A DNA stretch of 64,000 nucleotides from a virus (taxonomy: Duplodnaviria > Heunggongvirae > Uroviricota > Caudoviricetes): IMG/VR virus record IMGVR_UViG_3300037264_002389, positions 10,545 to 74,544 of that record; one strand, written 5' to 3'. A program made the position numbers and the translations under genes. The notes below the pieces were generated by a model. The model saw only the letters and a list, made by a program, of their open reading frames with translations, had not been told where the DNA came from and searched no databases. How positions within the stretch are numbered: position 1 is the first letter of the stretch; every line of letters begins with the position of its first letter. This document shows positions 39,895-48,927 of this stretch, piece after piece.

Positions 39895-40608
39895 ATGATT
39901 AACGGAGGTACTATGTCCAATAAGATTACCATATTTGTTAGAAATTTATCTGTCTTTAGCGATTCAATGAAGCAAGCATTAGATGCACAAATTACTAAGG
40001 ATACTAAAGCAGCACCAGGACAAATTAGGAAAAACAAAGACTGGTATTCTCTTACGTTTCTTCGCGTGGTTAAAGTTAAGAATTTTAATCCAGAAACGTT
40101 ATTGCTAGATGAAAATGAAATTTCATGTATTCGTGCGACGATGTTCAAATTTGACGGGTCGAGGTTATTAGTGCAGGGAGCAAAAGGTGAAATTAAGGAA
40201 ATTATATCGTATTTTGATAGTTTGGCACTGAAATTAGTATCAAACACACAACAGACCGAGATTAATTTCGACCAATTCTATAGAATAGACGATCCGAATA
40301 TTGATTTAGGGAATATTTTGTCTAAGCTAGAAGATGATGGGGTTATTAGTAATATTAGAAAGTTGCGATTGCGTGCGATGGAAATTACGTTGGGTAAAAT
40401 TGATAATTGTATCGTTAAGACATCTGACTATGGTGCCACGAAGAAAGTAGTAGAGGAACAAGAAAGTAAGGCATGTGGTTATGAAATTGATTTAAATAAT
40501 CCAAAAGACACGTTGGTATATATTGATTTAGATGGTCAGGTCCGTGTTGCTTCTAAAAGTGATGCTGACATATGTGGTGTGGCCATGCAATTCTGTAATA
40601 TGTTGTAA
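39895..40608 (+). CDS. hypothetical protein
   Basis: 237 aa with RBS acggaggt. Confidence 0.45.
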   Translation: MINGGTMSNKITIFVRNLSVFSDSMKQALDAQITKDTKAAPGQIRKNKDWYSLTFLRVVKVKNFNPETLLLDENEISCIRATMFKFDGSRLLVQGAKGEIKEIISYFDSLALKLVSNTQQTEINFDQFYRIDDPNIDLGNILSKLEDDGVISNIRKLRLRAMEITLGKIDNCIVKTSDYGATKKVVEEQESKACGYEIDLNNPKDTLVYIDLDGQVRVASKSDADICGVAMQFCNML

Positions 40609-40665
40609 GGGTAATGTCTGTTAGGATCGAGCAAATATAGAAAGAGGAATAATTGGAGGCATACC

Positions 40666-41721
40666 GTGAAGCTTAATTATCTGCATATTGGTGCAGTTAG
40701 CGATCTAACTATTAATGAGGATTTTAATCCTGGGCAAGAAGAGCAATTAGCATATCTGCAAATGATGGCTGCACGGCAGGGTAAAGATGCCACTAAGTTT
40801 ATTAATAGAGTTCGTGGGTACGTTGATCCAACCCATGCCAAGAAGATGGGAGCAAAAGCCACTTTTGAGCGTTGGGTACAGGCAGCTATGCCGGGTGAAT
40901 CCAGAGTGGGACGCACTCTTGGTCGGCGGGTTAAAATCACAGTTCTAGAATCAGCGGTCAAAGAAGCAATTACCGAAGGATTCTTTTCTGATATAGGCGA
41001 TGTTATCTTATCGAAGTTGCGTAATATTCTTGGCGATGATCGCAAAGAGCATGCCTTGGTTACTTCAGCATTGGATAGACATCCAGCACTCGCAGCTATA
41101 CATCGTTATGCTAAGAGAGCAGAACAACCGATTTATGATGACGAGAATTTCTGGGCGCTCGTCGATAAGATTACTAATGGCAAGGCTAATGAAATTAAGC
41201 GATTGACGCAAGCCACATTCAAGCGCATGTTAGAATCTAAAGAGCGTGTTAGTGTTCTTTCCGAGTGTGTTATAGTTGAAGCTAAGATGTCGGATGTAAT
41301 GTCAGAATTGGGCCTTGATCGTGATACTATTGACGGTTTAATACGACAATTTAATTTACGTGACGATGACTATGATTTAGCGCGAATGCGCGATGCCTTG
41401 ACCAAAGCCAAGGGTCGTGTAGAAGACGCTGTGCGTTATATGGCTGAGTTGCCCGGACGTAAGGCTGGTGAGTTAGTGCGTGGTGCTGGCGAGTTAGTGC
41501 GTGGTGCTGGTGAGAAGATTAAATCTGTTACCGACACCAAGCGCATGCAGGATGAGAATGCTGATTTAGCCGATCATGTGATTAGTTTGGCTGCTGTGAT
41601 TATGGATGTTCGTGAGGCGGATGCCACTACCCCGCAGGAGGTTGCGCAGGTTGTTGGCCAGGCTGCTAAGGTTGCAGACCCGTCTATAGTTGGTGCTGAA
41701 GAATTAGGAGCTAACGTCTAG
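40666..41721 (+). CDS. hypothetical protein with an internal 21-bp tandem duplication (GELVRGA x2)
   Basis: 351 aa; tandem repeat at 41466-41515. Confidence 0.45.
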   Translation: MKLNYLHIGAVSDLTINEDFNPGQEEQLAYLQMMAARQGKDATKFINRVRGYVDPTHAKKMGAKATFERWVQAAMPGESRVGRTLGRRVKITVLESAVKEAITEGFFSDIGDVILSKLRNILGDDRKEHALVTSALDRHPALAAIHRYAKRAEQPIYDDENFWALVDKITNGKANEIKRLTQATFKRMLESKERVSVLSECVIVEAKMSDVMSELGLDRDTIDGLIRQFNLRDDDYDLARMRDALTKAKGRVEDAVRYMAELPGRKAGELVRGAGELVRGAGEKIKSVTDTKRMQDENADLADHVISLAAVIMDVREADATTPQEVAQVVGQAAKVADPSIVGAEELGANV

Positions 41722-41735
41722 TTCATCAAATCATA

Positions 41736-42080
41736 TCAATTGGCGATCCTGCAACGTTTTTGAGTGCTTTTCCTACTCACGTGAACACCACCCTTTCTGG
41801 TTTTGGTGGGAGATTGGAGATTTCCGGGGTTTTTCGTTGAAACTAGAGTACCTATTGGCAATAGGAAAGATTTAATTCTGTAGGGGATAGTTGGTAGAAC
41901 ATACGCTACTTCGCACAATTTACCTTCATTCCTTAGTTCTTCAATCAATTCTGGGAAGATTGGGTACGATGATACTGCTATTTCTTCATCTGTGCATACT
42001 TCGATTGCCTTGCATCCGTTCTTATTTGTGACGAATGCGATAATCTTGTTCTTAATTTGGTTACGACTTAGTTTTTTCAT
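41736..42080 (-). CDS. hypothetical protein
   Basis: 114-aa minus-strand ORF. Confidence 0.4.
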   Translation of the reverse strand: MKKLSRNQIKNKIIAFVTNKNGCKAIEVCTDEEIAVSSYPIFPELIEELRNEGKLCEVAYVLPTIPYRIKSFLLPIGTLVSTKNPGNLQSPTKTRKGGVHVSRKSTQKRCRIAN

Positions 42081-42672
42081 TCCGATTCAGTTGCCCCTTA
42101 ATAAGATTGGCAATATTCATCTTGGCAAGTCCAAGTGGTTTGGACTTATGCTTATCGATTTTCTCTTTAGAGATATTCAATTCTTGTGCCCATTTAATGA
42201 CTTCCTCAAGTGACTTGGTTGCTACTTGCTGGCTGAATTCCGATTTGGGCCTCTGTGTTTTTGGCATTTGCTGTATTCTCTCCTTTTCTTGTTTTCTCTC
42301 TGTCTTTTTGATGCTGGCTATCACTTTCTTTTCAACATTCGCCGATCTTGGTGTATCGCGCAAATCGAGTTTTGCTAAGATCTCCTTGTCTTTTTCTAAT
42401 ACTTTAATTGATTGCTCGCGATCATATAATTTACTATAGAAGTTGGCTTGTATGGCACGTCTGGCTCCATTTATTAGGATGTCTTTGTTGTCACAATGTG
42501 GCCACTTCCCATAGAGCCTGTAGATTATCTCTGTTATACCACTCAGAGTAAAGCCTTCAAGGTATATACTTACCCTGTTTAATAAGTCAAGATGACTTGG
42601 TTGTGGTTTTTCAGGGTCACCCCTGAAATATATGACGAACTCGTTGAAATTAGTGAGATGAGTAATATCCAT
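42061..42672 (-). CDS. hypothetical basic protein
   Basis: 203-aa minus-strand ORF overlapping the previous one. Confidence 0.4.
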   Translation of the reverse strand: MDITHLTNFNEFVIYFRGDPEKPQPSHLDLLNRVSIYLEGFTLSGITEIIYRLYGKWPHCDNKDILINGARRAIQANFYSKLYDREQSIKVLEKDKEILAKLDLRDTPRSANVEKKVIASIKKTERKQEKERIQQMPKTQRPKSEFSQQVATKSLEEVIKWAQELNISKEKIDKHKSKPLGLAKMNIANLIKGQLNRNEKTKS

Positions 42673-42745
42673 ATTAATGGTTCCTGTACCCTTTATTCTA
42701 TCTAGAACGAGAATTCTCTAAATTATAAATGTATTTAAGTCGAGA

Positions 42746-43372
42746 ATGGAAACAATTGATCTATCAAATCAATCAGATTATAATTATGAACCACATGGTT
42801 CATTATATATTAAGCGCGATCCGGATCAATCCTTCATACCAAAATTTGCCAAATCAGGTGATGTTGGACTCGACCTGCCAGTAAAAATCAATATCGATCA
42901 AGCTAAATTCACGCAGAGTGGTGAAGTTAAGGATCGTCTCAGAAATCCAATGCTATATCCTGATGTTAAGGAATTCGTATATCCCAATGGTACGAGTGAT
43001 GATCCAAATCCATTTTTGTTGGTGCCTCCTATGGGATGGGCCGAGATACCAACAGGCATATCGATTAAATTACCAGATGATGCTTGGGGAATGATTAAAA
43101 GTAGATCATCAACCGGATGGAAAAAGCACCTTGAGGTAATTATCGGAACTATTGATACTGGTTATGTGGGCCTATTGGGAACCCTTGTCTATAATCCAAA
43201 TACCTCGCCTGTAAAAGTATATGAATACGATCCTGTGACTGGGAAAGGGGATTGCTTATCGCAGCTTATTCTGATACCTGTATATCCACTTAAGAAGATG
43301 TTCCTAGTCGATAGACTTCCAGTAACGGTGCGTGGCAAAACTGGCTTTGGGAGCACTAGTCTAGGCACATGA
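42746..43372 (+). CDS. dUTPase / dCTP deaminase family protein
   Basis: VGLDLPV (motif 1-like), IPTGISIKLP, GTIDTGYVGLLG (motif 3, G-x-ID-x-GY-x-G); 208 aa. Confidence 0.7.
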   Translation: METIDLSNQSDYNYEPHGSLYIKRDPDQSFIPKFAKSGDVGLDLPVKINIDQAKFTQSGEVKDRLRNPMLYPDVKEFVYPNGTSDDPNPFLLVPPMGWAEIPTGISIKLPDDAWGMIKSRSSTGWKKHLEVIIGTIDTGYVGLLGTLVYNPNTSPVKVYEYDPVTGKGDCLSQLILIPVYPLKKMFLVDRLPVTVRGKTGFGSTSLGT

Positions 43373-43665
43373 CTAAACATATTGTTTTATATGCGGCAAT
43401 TATTGATCATGATGAAGCCGGTATTTTTGTAGATGCTTATTTCTTGGGAGGTGTTGTTGATACACATTCAGCAGCAGAAAAATTAGCATGGAGTTTAACA
43501 AATGACAAGACAATTCCAGGTACCATATTGACCAAGATTTATAAATTCAATAGTCATACTGAATTTGGGCGTGTTCTTGATATGGCTACTAAATATTTTC
43601 ATCAATTAGCTTTGGATATGTATGATACCGAAGATGTCCAGAAGAAGTCTAAGAACAGGGATTAA
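43369..43665 (+). CDS. hypothetical protein
   Basis: 98 aa, overlapping the previous stop. Confidence 0.4.
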   Translation: MTKHIVLYAAIIDHDEAGIFVDAYFLGGVVDTHSAAEKLAWSLTNDKTIPGTILTKIYKFNSHTEFGRVLDMATKYFHQLALDMYDTEDVQKKSKNRD

Positions 43666-43695
43666 TTATTAATGTTAGTACGATACGAATAATCC

Positions 43696-44625
43696 ATGAG
43701 AGAAGAATTTAAAGAAGTTCGTTTCACGCCAGCATCATCACAGCGCATTGAACAATGTAACTCAATTATTTCAAATTATCAAGCACAGCATCTGCGATTG
43801 ACATTGCGGCAATTGTATTACCAGATGGTTGTACGGAATTGGTTAGTAAATGAAGAGCGATCATATCGACAATTATCTGGCTTGATTTCTGATGCGCGTT
43901 TAGCTGGGCTAGTTGATTGGGATGCTATTGAAGATCGTGTGCGTGTTCCGCGTATTCCAACCGAATTTACAAATTTGCGTGAATTAACCGAAGCCGCACT
44001 ACAATCTTATCGTTTACCACGTTGGGTTGGTCAGAAGCATTATGTTGAGTTATGGGTAGAGAAGGATGCTCTAGCTGGGGTGTTAATACCGTTGGCTAGG
44101 CATTTTCATGTTACCCTAATGGTCAATCGTGGCTATAGTTCCCAATCTGCCATGTATGAGAGCGCAAATCGTTTTAGAGAAAAATCAGCTATATTAGAGG
44201 ACAATAGTAATCTAATCATATTTTATCTTGGCGACCATGATCCATCTGGCGAGGATATGGTTCGTGATATTCGCGATCGTCTGTTTATGTTTGGTATGGA
44301 TATTGATGTCCGTAAAATTGCTTTAACGATGGAACAAATTGAGCATTATAATCCGCCACCAAACCCGACTAAATTGACTGATTCTAGAGCACCAGCCTAT
44401 ATTGCTATGCATGGCAATAATTCATGGGAAGTTGATGCGCTACCGCCTGAGGTATTAACTGGGCTTATTACCAGTGAGCTTAATGCCGTGATTAATAAGA
44501 GAGATATGAATGTGGTGAAGGCTCTTGAGGAAAGAGATAAAAAGAATTTGCGTGTTGTTGTTGAAGGGCTTCTAAATAGTAAGCCCAAGAAGTTAAGTAA
44601 GCCTAGGAAGCCCAAGAAGAAGTGA
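43696..44625 (+). CDS. Topo VI-A / Spo11-like 'mini-A' protein (5Y-CAP plus Toprim)
   Basis: RQLYYQMV (the R-x-x-YY catalytic tyrosine motif of type IIB cleavage subunits); ELWVEKDAL (Toprim Glu, cf. VVEKE); YLGDHDPSGEDM (the DxDPxG Toprim motif of Spo11/Topo VI-A). Spacing Y to E about 80 aa and E to DxD about 60 aa, as in Topo VI-A. Only 309 aa. Confidence 0.6.
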   Translation: MREEFKEVRFTPASSQRIEQCNSIISNYQAQHLRLTLRQLYYQMVVRNWLVNEERSYRQLSGLISDARLAGLVDWDAIEDRVRVPRIPTEFTNLRELTEAALQSYRLPRWVGQKHYVELWVEKDALAGVLIPLARHFHVTLMVNRGYSSQSAMYESANRFREKSAILEDNSNLIIFYLGDHDPSGEDMVRDIRDRLFMFGMDIDVRKIALTMEQIEHYNPPPNPTKLTDSRAPAYIAMHGNNSWEVDALPPEVLTGLITSELNAVINKRDMNVVKALEERDKKNLRVVVEGLLNSKPKKLSKPRKPKKK

Positions 44626-44691
44626 TACTTACTTGACAAGCTTGATTTATGTGGTAAAATATAGATTGGAGATGTTTGATAACGATACTGA

Positions 44692-44768
44692 CGCAGGCGG
44701 CTAGGGCTGGCTGCTCTGGAGAGGCCCATAACCTTTCAACGAGAGTTCGATTCTCTCGCCTGCTACCA
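44692..44768 (+). ncRNA. tRNA-like RNA element, candidate tRNA-like module of a Y RNA
   Basis: Canonical T-arm gagag-TTCGATT-ctctc, 7-bp acceptor-like stem with a 1:72 mismatch, discriminator A plus CCA. Anticodon-like stem-loop agagg-CCCAUAA-ccttt (CAU). No foldable D-arm and no U8 or U33. Lies immediately upstream of a Ro60 gene. Confidence 0.5.
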
Positions 44769-44772
44769 CAAG

Positions 44773-44990
44773 ACAGGGGACTGCGCGTCATTCCAGCTAC
44801 CGATAATGGCAAAATGACTTCGTAAATCCCCCTGTATTATGAGGAGACAATCGAGAGACTGCGCGTCATTCCAGCAACTTCATACGGAGAAGTCAGGTGT
44901 AAACCTGAGCGAAAAAATGACCACGCGATTCCTCTCGATTTTATACCTACTTGGTCGTAAGATTTAGAGACTGCACGTCACTATTGACTG
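44773..44990 (+). repeat. three iterated stem-loop units sharing the core gactgcgcgtcattccagc
   Basis: Core copies at 44779-44797, 44857-44875 and a degenerate 44968-44985. Each is embedded in flanking inverted repeats (acagggga/tcccctgt; tcgagag/ctctcga; tagaga/tctct). Confidence 0.6.
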
Positions 44991-45028
44991 CGATTTCTCT
45001 TTAATTACGAAGTCTAATTACGACAACC

Positions 45029-46624
45029 ATGACGCAAGATACGAAATACGAACGCAATGGAGAAGATATAATGTCAACTACTACCCAAACAAATCAACTA
45101 GCCCACATAGAGCATTTCACGCCGGAACTTAAAGCGCGAATCCCACAGGCTCTATCAGATATGATCGATGTGTCATTCTCGGCAACTAACCGAGCAACGT
45201 TCTATAACTCCAAGCAGGAACAGGAAGCAGCTGTTGAGAAAATTCACAAGGAATTATTTAACCTGGATAGAGGTCTATATGGACTAAGCCTCCTATTACC
45301 GGGAACGAACGACTATGCGAGACAACTTGGCCTAGGGTTTTTGCTTGATAATCCCCGTGGCGGCAAATTGGCTGTGTTAACAGAAGCACAGGAAGCCAAG
45401 CTAGTAACCTACTTGGCCCAATTCATGCCCCCACAGCGATTATTTAAGCTTTATCGCGAGCTACGGCAGAACCGTGTCAATAACTCTAGGACAAGAAAAC
45501 TCATCCTCCGAACCATCCTAGGTTCACGAAGACTTGAATTATGGGCAGTCAAGTACAGATTTAAAATCAGACAGGCACTTAGCCATGCATGGGGCCGCGC
45601 TACAGCACTGGCAATGAAGGCAATCCTATCCAAAGAAGGGAAAGATAGATCTGAGCAGGAAACCAAAGGATTGGAGAGGAATATCACCAAGTACGCAGCA
45701 GAGCCGACCAAGGCACTAGAGTGTGTTAAATTCATTTTCGGAGTAGAGACTGGACTAACCATCCCGATCCTTAAGTCTTATCATGCCGCCAGAACTGATC
45801 TGTCTAAAGGGAAGGATCTACCAGAAGAACAACTCGAATATTTGCGCAACAGGCTCCATCCAACGGTCAGCCGAGCAGAAGTGCTTAAACTCGCCAAGAG
45901 CACTATGTCCGAAGGCAAGAAAATGGCAGTTCAAAGACAGGCTAAAGAAGCCGGTGTCGAAATTAAATTCGATCCATCAGCAGCTGATCCTGTTAGGCTC
46001 TACATTTATGCCTATGAAATGGGCATGACGAATGAAATTTCCAATGAACTAAAAAAGAAGGCAAAGAAAACAGCAGATATGCTACTCACCAAATACGATA
46101 AGATTGGTATTGTGATTGACAACTCTTTATCAATGCGTGGACATGGTACGCAGAAGAACCGCCCAATTGCAGTTGCTCTTGCTACTCGTGATATGCTTGA
46201 GGCGGCATCAGAAAATGCCACCATTGAATATTGTGGGCAAGAAACTAATAAACTGGTTCAGCCGATTGGTGATACTAGTCTGTCATATGCTTTGGTTAAG
46301 GTTCTCAAGAGTGGCAAATTAGATTCAGTGTTCGTCATTACTGATGGATATGAAAATGCTCCCGCTGGGCGTTTCGCTCAGACGGTAGAGGCTGTTAGGA
46401 AAATCGGAATCGTTACGCCGATCTTCCAGATCGCCCCTGTAATGGCTGCTGAGAAGGGCGGTATTCGGCAGATATCATCGCAAGTTCCGGCTATGCCATT
46501 GAATAAGCCGGAAGCGATAAATGTTGTAATCATCAAATCATTGCTTGTTTCTGATGTCGATAAGGCAATCCTAGGGATGGCTAAGTCTCTATTGCCACAA
46601 CTTGGGGAGAATAGCGATGACTGA
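45029..46624 (+). CDS. rsr: Ro60/Rsr orthologue (TROVE domain plus C-terminal vWA with MIDAS)
   Basis: [22 protein letters not shown] vs human Ro60 [36 protein letters not shown] vs MWGRALRKAIADW; vWA [9 protein letters not shown] (DxSxS) vs [17 protein letters not shown] vs [25 protein letters not shown] vs ADVFIVFTDNETFAG; 531 aa. Confidence 0.78.
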   Translation: [531 protein letters not shown]

Positions 46625-47675
46625 ATTGACTATTAGTGAGATTCTACGTGGGTTAGTGCCCGGTAGATTACAATCGGTTGGTTTGATGCAGGTTATTCCG
46701 TTGACCTGCACGGACCCCGATCTATTTGATCAGGATCTAGTGTCGCCGATGCATAATTATGATGCACAGTCTTCGAATGTGCGAGTCACTAGCGGCACGA
46801 CAGGATATGGTGCAATGCAGTTTAAGAATCCGACTGATAAGGTTTTGCTTGTCCCATGCCATGTTGGTTATGTTACCAAACATGCATCGCAGGACCACGC
46901 TATGGCTACTTCTGGTTTAGTCGCAGCAAAGAAGGAGAAGATATTTGAGAACGCGATGTGTATTCAACAGAGGCAAGGTGGCTTGATTCCACTTGAGCAA
47001 CATAAGATGTTAATCCTCCCATACTCTCTACGCGAATGTGCTTTAGCTAAGAGAAGCAGCAATGAATTTAGTAGACTATGGGAAGACATTGATGACTTTA
47101 ATAAGACACTTGGTATTGCCACGCGAGGTGGGCATCTTGAATACTTCATGGATGCTTTTAAAGAAGAGCTAGATCAATTTGTTGCCGAGTTTGAGATTGT
47201 ACCTGGACAGACTGGCGCGATTATCTTGGTTAATGGTTCGGTGGTAGGTGTTGAGCGAGCACCTTCTCCTAAGTTCTGGTCAGAGGTTTGGGATGCTCTG
47301 ATTAGAGAGTGCTATGGTTCGCTGGCTATTGAAGTTAGCCGTAAAACAGGTAATCGTTTACCGCCTCCAAGCACTAGGACTGCGATTGATCTGCAACAGA
47401 TTAATACCCTTGATGATCTGGAAAAGGAATTGCAACGCGCAGATTGCGACGCCGAGGCGAGGGTTAAGACCATAGTGCGCGATCTATTGGAAGATCCGTT
47501 TAAAACCAAGAACGAAGGTGATCTTAATAGATATAATCTCATGACCCTTGAGAATGGTCAATTTAATGGTCAGGTGGTACGAGAGAGCCAGAGGGTTGTT
47601 TATGCCTCTCTGTTCACCACTAAGTCATGGGCTAAGAATGCTCCGTGGATGAAGGCCAGTAAGTTTGCAGTCTAG
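46602..47675 (+). CDS. hypothetical protein co-operonic with the Ro60 gene
   Basis: 357-aa ORF overlapping the rsr stop by 23 nt. Confidence 0.5.
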   Translation: MGRIAMTELTISEILRGLVPGRLQSVGLMQVIPLTCTDPDLFDQDLVSPMHNYDAQSSNVRVTSGTTGYGAMQFKNPTDKVLLVPCHVGYVTKHASQDHAMATSGLVAAKKEKIFENAMCIQQRQGGLIPLEQHKMLILPYSLRECALAKRSSNEFSRLWEDIDDFNKTLGIATRGGHLEYFMDAFKEELDQFVAEFEIVPGQTGAIILVNGSVVGVERAPSPKFWSEVWDALIRECYGSLAIEVSRKTGNRLPPPSTRTAIDLQQINTLDDLEKELQRADCDAEARVKTIVRDLLEDPFKTKNEGDLNRYNLMTLENGQFNGQVVRESQRVVYASLFTTKSWAKNAPWMKASKFAV

Positions 47676-47939
47676 GAGCTGTTATTGATGGTTTTGTGCG
47701 AATGGCTTGGGTTGTTCTTGGTGGATTCTCATTAGCAATTATTGGTTTTTGTGTAGCGTGTCCGTTCATGTACTTTTTCTGTTTTTTGGAACGCGCACAC
47801 GAGTCAAACGTATGTAAGAAGTGACGCGGAACTAGCGGCGTATAACAGCTAGTGAAGGACCCAGCGAACCGGCTTCGGCCCAAGTAACTCGGTCAACAAG
47901 ACGCCGAAAACAAGGCGTCAGCGCGAAAGGTGGTGCAAG

Positions 47940-48872
47940 ATGTCTAGTGCCCATGTTTCTTCCCTCCAAGACCGAATCTCACAAGCAGCAAAGGTGATGA
48001 AAATCACCGAAGACCAACTATGGGAACACCTATCTGATCTTGGTATTAATCAAAAAGACGACGACGCATTAGCCCTATTGGAAGCTGAAACTACACGCGA
48101 AGGTGATGCACGGAAAGTGTTTTGTGAAAATGCTGTGGCTCCCTATGTTCCAGTAGCACGATTCCTGGCAGGATGGGCAATTCTGAAAGGCCGTAACTAT
48201 CAAGTCGGTGTAGATATGGCTTCCGGACCAGACAAATCGGTAGTTACCATTATTGAATCACTTCGACCCATTAATAGTCTCAAAGACAAAGAACTCATCG
48301 AAAAATACGGACCAGACGCTTCAACCGAAATCTACGACGAACTAAATCGTAGATCCCATGGTAGACCATTCATAATCTTCAATGAAGACAACACAATTGT
48401 TGATGTGGAGAAGACCACCAATCATCTCCGCATCGCTCGTAGAAATGAAACCAAATCAACACATGTAATCTCCACACCAGAAGGTAACAAACCAGTTCGT
48501 GTATATTGTGTTGGTGAATTCCCGATGCTATGGTTAGAAGAAAGCCCAATCCATCCAGAAATTATCTTAGTTAATGGTTACTGTGAAAAATGTGGCAACA
48601 CCTGGGATGGTATCTCAATGGAAGATAGGGTTCTTGTTCGAATTGGTGTAATGGTTGGATTACATTATGCCGATCATAAACTTGAGGTCCACAATTTAAT
48701 CGCTAATATCAAGAAAGCAGGCAATGCCAAGTTCTTGTTGGATATTCCAGATGTTAAATTCAAGTATGATGAATTGAAGGAGCAAAATCAATTGCCGGTC
48801 TTACGCAGACGCACATCAGCAAGTCGGGATGGCAAAGCTGACCCATGTTTCGTGCGTAACCGGTCTTATTAA
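47940..48872 (+). CDS. hypothetical protein
   Basis: 310 aa; preceded by a GC-rich structured 265-nt leader. Confidence 0.5.
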   Translation: MSSAHVSSLQDRISQAAKVMKITEDQLWEHLSDLGINQKDDDALALLEAETTREGDARKVFCENAVAPYVPVARFLAGWAILKGRNYQVGVDMASGPDKSVVTIIESLRPINSLKDKELIEKYGPDASTEIYDELNRRSHGRPFIIFNEDNTIVDVEKTTNHLRIARRNETKSTHVISTPEGNKPVRVYCVGEFPMLWLEESPIHPEIILVNGYCEKCGNTWDGISMEDRVLVRIGVMVGLHYADHKLEVHNLIANIKKAGNAKFLLDIPDVKFKYDELKEQNQLPVLRRRTSASRDGKADPCFVRNRSY

Positions 48873-48927
48873 CCCAAATGGGGATCACCAAGTCGGTGAT
48901 CCCCAACATTTAAATTAGGAGATCAAC

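Noticed and set aside
44692-44768. Calling this a bona fide tRNA-Met(CAU) gene or an attP tRNA fragment
   Set aside because: The T-arm, acceptor stem and CCA are excellent, but no D-arm can be folded, U8 and U33 are missing and 1:72 is mismatched. No integrase or recombinase occurs anywhere in the window, so the attP idea is unsupported. Recorded as tRNA-like, with Y RNA mimic as the favoured explanation.
44779-44985. Possible CRISPR array (repeated gactgcgcgtcattccagc)
   Set aside because: Only three copies, irregular spacing (78 and 111 nt), a degenerate third copy, and each unit has its own flanking inverted repeats; no cas genes. Treated as iterated stem-loops or an RNA element instead.
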